DNA from: Cyanophora paradoxa CCMP329
Lineage: Eukaryota; Plantae; Glaucophyta
Assembly: GCA_004431415.1 (NCBI GenBank)
Contig: QPMI01000172.1
Coordinates: 1-50,069, forward strand
Reading direction: 5' to 3'
Length of the DNA: 50,069 nt
Position 1 is the first letter of the stretch, and every line of letters begins with the position of its first letter. Of this stretch, positions 45,574 to 50,069 are shown one piece after another. Position numbers and translations under genes: made by a program. Under the pieces are notes generated by a model, which was given only the letters and a program-made list of their open reading frames with translations, was not told the origin of the DNA and made no database searches.

Positions 45574-47228
45574 TCACCTGCAGCTGACGGCGACGGAGCG
45601 GACGGCGCCGAGGAGGGTCGTGGGGAGGGGTTTGGGCGGGGCCGGCGGCTCCCGCTCGGAGCCCAAGGCGAGGGCGCCCAGGTCCGACACCGTCGGGAGG
45701 CGGCGCCCCAGCAGGCGGGCCGCCACCGCCACCGAGGCCTCCCCCTCCAGCGGGGCCGGGGCGGGGGCCGGGGCCGAGGCCGGGGCGACGGCGGGCGGCG
45801 CGGGGGTGCTGAAATCCGGGCAGGATGCGGGCTTCTGTGGGAGAAGCACCGGGCTCGTCACGCGCTGCAAGGCCGGGATGAGATTCCGCTCGCAGGATCT
45901 AGAGGGGGCGGGGAGGCGGGGCGGGGTACCGGGACGCCGCGGAAGGAGAGGGGGCCCGAGACGTACTGCTTGGCGCGGTTCATGAGGGCGAGCTTGCGGA
46001 TGGTGATGCCGCCCTCGACCTCCCAGCCCGAGACGGTCTGGCTGCGCGCCCGGCCCCGGGCCCCGGGGCCCTCGTCCGCAGAGTTCGAGCCGGCCTCCTC
46101 CTCGCTCTCCTCAGGGCTCTCGTCGTTGGGGTACGTCGACGAGCGCGGGCGCGTCTCGTACCGGCCTGCTCTGGTTGCGTCGGCCTGGGATCTACATGGG
46201 GTGGGGACTGGCCGGAGGCGCACCCTTGCCGGGGCCGACTGCGTCGGAAGCGGGCGGTCGCGGGGGCGTCATTGCGAGGATGACTCCCATCTTGGAGGGT
46301 GGGATTGCGCAGCCGATCGTGATCGCTGCCGCCGCGCGGGACGTCAGACTCGCGTGCGTTGTACTAATTTCATATGCATGGGCGCCGACGGATCAAATTT
46401 GAGCAGCGGACCATGCCAGGAGCCGACCCGTCGCACCAAGGTGCCGTCCGGCCGCCTGCTGGGGTGCGTGATGCCGGAAACGAGCCCCCGCAGGAACTGG
46501 TTCGCCGAGTCCGGGCTCGTGTCGCCCTCCGTCCACCGGTCGATGAGGACCTGCGGGGGGCGTCGGGGCGAGCTCAGAGACGCCACTCGGAAGGAAGCGA
46601 CACGGGAGATCAAGAGGGCCGCCGGGTCCGGACCTTCATCATCGACCGGAAGCGGTCCCGGGGGACGAATCCGACGCCGCCCGAATCGTGGTTCCAGTCT
46701 GCCGACGCCGAGTTGAGCGTTATAATCAAAACATATGTATTGTCAGTGCGGGGAGGGCCCGGCGCTACGGTGATGCGCACCCTGCACGGCCCGTCGGAAC
46801 GCCTGGTTCGAGTCCCAGTCCAGCCGCAACGCCCGATCTGCGCCCGTTGCCACGATCGGAACGAGAAGTGCAGAATTTTCACGGATCGGGGCGGGACGTA
46901 CACAGGCCCGCGTGGAAAGCAAAGTAACGCGTGCGAGTCAAGTTGCCATCGCCTTCGCAGATCGCGGCCCAGAGCTGCGCGACAACGCATTCAGATATTC
47001 AGATGCGGCTCAAAACTGATCGTGAGGAGTTAAGCGGCCGTGATGAGAAGGCGCCGACGGTGAACCCACCTCTTCGAGTAACCGCTCCTGCTCCGCCGCC
47101 CGGTCACTCGTCTCTCCAAGTACGGTCGACGTCGCGCTAAGGGACGCCGACGTCGACGCCCGCGCGAGAGGCGAAGGCACGGCCGGCAACGACCCTCGGG
47201 AGCTGCCAGCTGCAGGCCTAGGCTCCAT
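45574..47228 (-). CDS. Hypothetical protein (multi-exon)
   Basis: 'MEPRPAAGSS...EQERLLEE|GT', 'DWNHDSGGVGFVPRDRFRSMMK|VLIDRWTEGD..SANQFLRGLVSGIT' and 'WEVEGGITIRKLALMNRAKQ', joined by typical short introns; 3' end uncertain; no confident family. Confidence 0.5.
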
Positions 47229-47986
47229 CACCTCGCGGTCGGGGGACTGTGAACGCGACTTCCGAAGCCAGGAAATGAGCATGGAACGAGCAACGCCGCC
47301 ACTGGGCCGTGCTGGCGAGGCGCCGAGGCCGACGTGTACGTATACGCGTACGTATATGCGTCCGAACGAGCAAGGGCCAACTTGCAAGGGTCTTATTGCC
47401 GCTCCAAGGGTCGAGTTGGCTGCTCTCTTGCGGGCTTCTTGCTTGTGCTTCTCGCAGAACGCGTGCACGTGCACGTGCTGCTCTTGCAATTGCGACAAGC
47501 CGCTGAGCGCTCTCACGAAAGCCGCGCGCGAGGCCTATGCGTCGACGGCGACGACGAGATGATCTCTAGATTCGATGGGCGGGCTCCTAGCCTTCACAGC
47601 CTTCCAAATCTAGAACGAATTCGAGATGCTTTTCTAGCTTCGCCCTGATGAAGTACGTTCTACAAAGTTCGTATCGATCGCCTTCTGCTGTGGGACATGC
47701 GTACACGCGTACGCGTACGGCCGCGGGTGGACGGCGCCGGCTCTTCAGGGCTCAGCGGCTGGGCGCGCGCCGGGCGGCGGGCGCGCGCCGTATCATAGTA
47801 TATGCGTGGGGCCGGGCCGCCCCTCCGATCGCGATCGCGAGCGACGAACTTCGCCGGAAGGCCACCCGACGAAATTGCATGTACCCTCGACGATCCTTGG
47901 CGATCGAACGCAGCCGTTGAATAAGTCACTTGATCGAGACGACGTCACCTTTGATTTAATTTAATTTGAGGGCGAACGTTAACGTT

Positions 47987-48193
47987 AATTTTTTTTTTTG
48001 GTGAATTACCGGCCACAGCCTCTAGTCTACTCCAGCACTGTGGGGGCGTATACAGGCAAGGTGGGGCATGATCGATCGGAATTATGTGGAACGGGCGGGA
48101 TTCGAAGGCGTGATTCTCATCGCAGGGCGATTCGAACACGGAAGGCATGAAATGAAAAGCGTGTATGATAACCACACCGCTATGAGCGGGGGC
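47987..48193 (-). mobile_element. tRNA-derived SINE-like element with A box, B box, poly(A) tail and flanking direct repeat
   Basis: Minus strand: A-box-like TAGCGGTGTGG (48182-48172), B box GTTCGAATC (48137-48129), 3' end ...GGCCGGTAATTCACC(A)11. AACGTTAACGTT on both sides (47975-47986 and 48194-48205); 3' part repeated at ~20878-20928. Confidence 0.7.
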
Positions 48194-48607
48194 AACGTTA
48201 ACGTTCTTCGAACTCGGAATTCACTCAAGCTAGCGCTAAAGCCTAGTAAGTGCGCTGTTATATATGTGTATACGTGTATATACAATATATATCGAATTTG
48301 ACGTCATTAACGGCCGCGAATTTGCGGAGACTCTAGTTTATTCTGCGGATTGCAATTGATCGGCCGCGGAGACTCCGAAGAGTCGAGCTCGAGAGTGTCA
48401 TCGGAGAGTCGGAGTGTTCAGATAGAGTTAATCAATATATGAGTCGCCGAACTCATGGAAAAGATAAAGCTTGAGTGATCGCCACGGGGCCCGGGCCACT
48501 GATCGGCCGGTAAGCAAAAAAGGTTGCTGTGGGGTACGTATATACGGGCGCTCAACAGAGTCACAGGTTCCGCTCCGGAAGGTACGGGTTCACGAAGGGC
48601 GAGCGAA

Positions 48608-50069
48608 TGCTGATCAACCCGGACCACGCGGCGGGCGTGTCCGATGTGTCAATCCACGAGAGGCACCAGGAAGTTCTTGCGCCGCATCAGGTCAGCAAGC
48701 GCGCTGCGCACGGCCCCGGACGAGCGCGCGAGCGCCCCGGCAGGTTGATGGCGTGCGCTTTATGTGGCGAAACGCGGTCGGCCTCGGAACGGAGGGCGAG
48801 GAGCCCGGCGGCTGCATCCTCGCGCACTCGATGGGTTCGCATGCCGCGCGCCCCACGAAGGCGCGACCGCTGACGCGCCCGAAGGGCTTGGCAAGTCCAT
48901 TCAAGTCAGCTGCTTCATCTACACGTACCTCTCCAGCGCGCCGGCGCGCCGTTCACGTCGCTGCGCACATTGATGCGTTCGCGCTGATGCGTCGCGCCGA
49001 CGCGCAGCGCTCGAGCGTGCTTCTGGTGATGCCGACGACGATCCAGCAGCACTGGGAGAACGGTAGGTGTGCGCTCCGGGCGCTCGGCGCTGGCGCTCAC
49101 GCCGCGCTCCCAGAGTTCGACCGCTGGTTTGTCAACCCGCTGGCCGTCAAAATCTACACGCTCTCATGTGCGCCTCCTCGCGAGCGCCGCGCGCCGCGCG
49201 CCCTTCCGTGAGTCGCGAGCCCCGCCGCAGCCAAGGACCAGAAGTCAGTGCCGAAGAGGGCGGAGCAGTGCGCGGCATGGAAGTCCACAGGCGGTGCGCC
49301 GGGGGCGCAATCGATGGGCTCTCGGGGTGCATAGCAGCTGAAGCGCTGCAGGCGTCCTCCTGGTGGGCTACGAGATGCTGTGCTCCCTCATCAACCCGCC
49401 CCCGGCCAAAGGCGAGAACAGCAAGGACCCCGAGAAGATGAAAAAGGCAGGCGGAGGTCATCCGAATTTCGCGCGGCGCCGCCTTACGCGGCCGCGCGCA
49501 GCTGGCGACGGCGCAGCGTCAGCTGCAGCGGCTGCTGTGCGACCCGGGGCCCGACGTCGTCGTCCTCGACGAGGGGCACCGCGTCAAGACGAAAGAGGCG
49601 CGCCCGCGAGCCCCCGCAGCCTGCTCGCCGCGCCCGAGCCGACCTACCCGCCGCCCTCGCAGACCAGCATCTTCAAGGCCGTGACGCGCATCCGTACCCC
49701 CCGCAAGATCGTCCTCACGGGTAACCCCCTCCAGAACAACCTCACCGAGTACTGGTGCATGGTGCGCTTCTTCTCGGGCTCGCTTGCGTCACGGGGGCGC
49801 CGGGCGCGGGGCGGGACCGACCCGGCGCCGCCCGGGTACAGGTCGAGATCGTGCGGCCGGGTACTTTGGGCGGGCACGACGAGTTCCAGGCGATCTTCGA
49901 GGGACCCATCAAGGTCGGTCGGCGCAACGCGTACCCCCCGCCCTTCCTTCCCCCCGCCTCCGCCTCACTCGGGGGCAGACGGGCCAGCGGTCGGACTGCG
50001 GGGAGCGCGAGGCGTGGCTGGCCCGCTCGCGCTCCTTCGTTCTGAACCGCCTCATCCGTCCCTTTCTCC
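48608..50069 (+). CDS. SNF2-family helicase, ATRX/RAD54L2(ARIP4)-like; 5' start uncertain, runs off the window
   Basis: 'LAPHQ|VDGVRFMW', 'GGCILAHSMG|LGKSIQV', 'VLLVMP', 'WENEFDRW', 'GVLLVGYEM', 'LLCDPGPDVVVLDEGHRVK', 'IRTPRKIVLTGNPLQNNLTEYWCM|VEIVRPG.LG...EF...FEGPI'. Confidence 0.92.

Noticed and set aside
48110-48193. Functional tRNA gene
   Set aside because: The anticodon and T stems do not pair properly, and the sequence continues into a body with a poly(A) tail and flanking repeats, so it is better explained as a SINE head.

Overview
This is GC-rich, gene-dense eukaryotic (protist/algal-type) nuclear DNA. It has many short introns (~55-80 nt), a striking share of them with GC donors, and scattered 1-bp indels that look like long-read consensus errors. 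From left to right: (1) the right part of a CACTA/EnSpm-like DNA transposon (degraded transposase, 101-bp tandem array, second ORF, subterminal repeats, CAGTG end); (2) a ~6.8-kb near-identical tandem duplication carrying the transposon end, a catalytically degenerate ornithine-decarboxylase paralogue and the 5' part of a SEL1L/HRD3 gene; (3) a DUF4062-NACHT-TPR (NLR/STAND-like) gene with 23 TPR repeats, each on its own phase-0 exon; (4) an SPX-VTC-TM protein with an extra C-terminal beta-propeller-like domain; (5) an F-box/LRR gene ending in a CaaX motif; (6) ribonucleotide reductase large subunit; (7) LTO1/ORAOV1, two poorly defined hypothetical genes, a tRNA-derived SINE and the 5' part of an ATRX-like SNF2 helicase. 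The best candidates for new biology are the modular one-exon-per-TPR NLR-like receptor, its 5' end that is homologous to the 5' end of the neighbouring RNR gene, and the probably myristoylated dead ODC paralogue. All gene models were built by eye, so exon boundaries are approximate unless stated.
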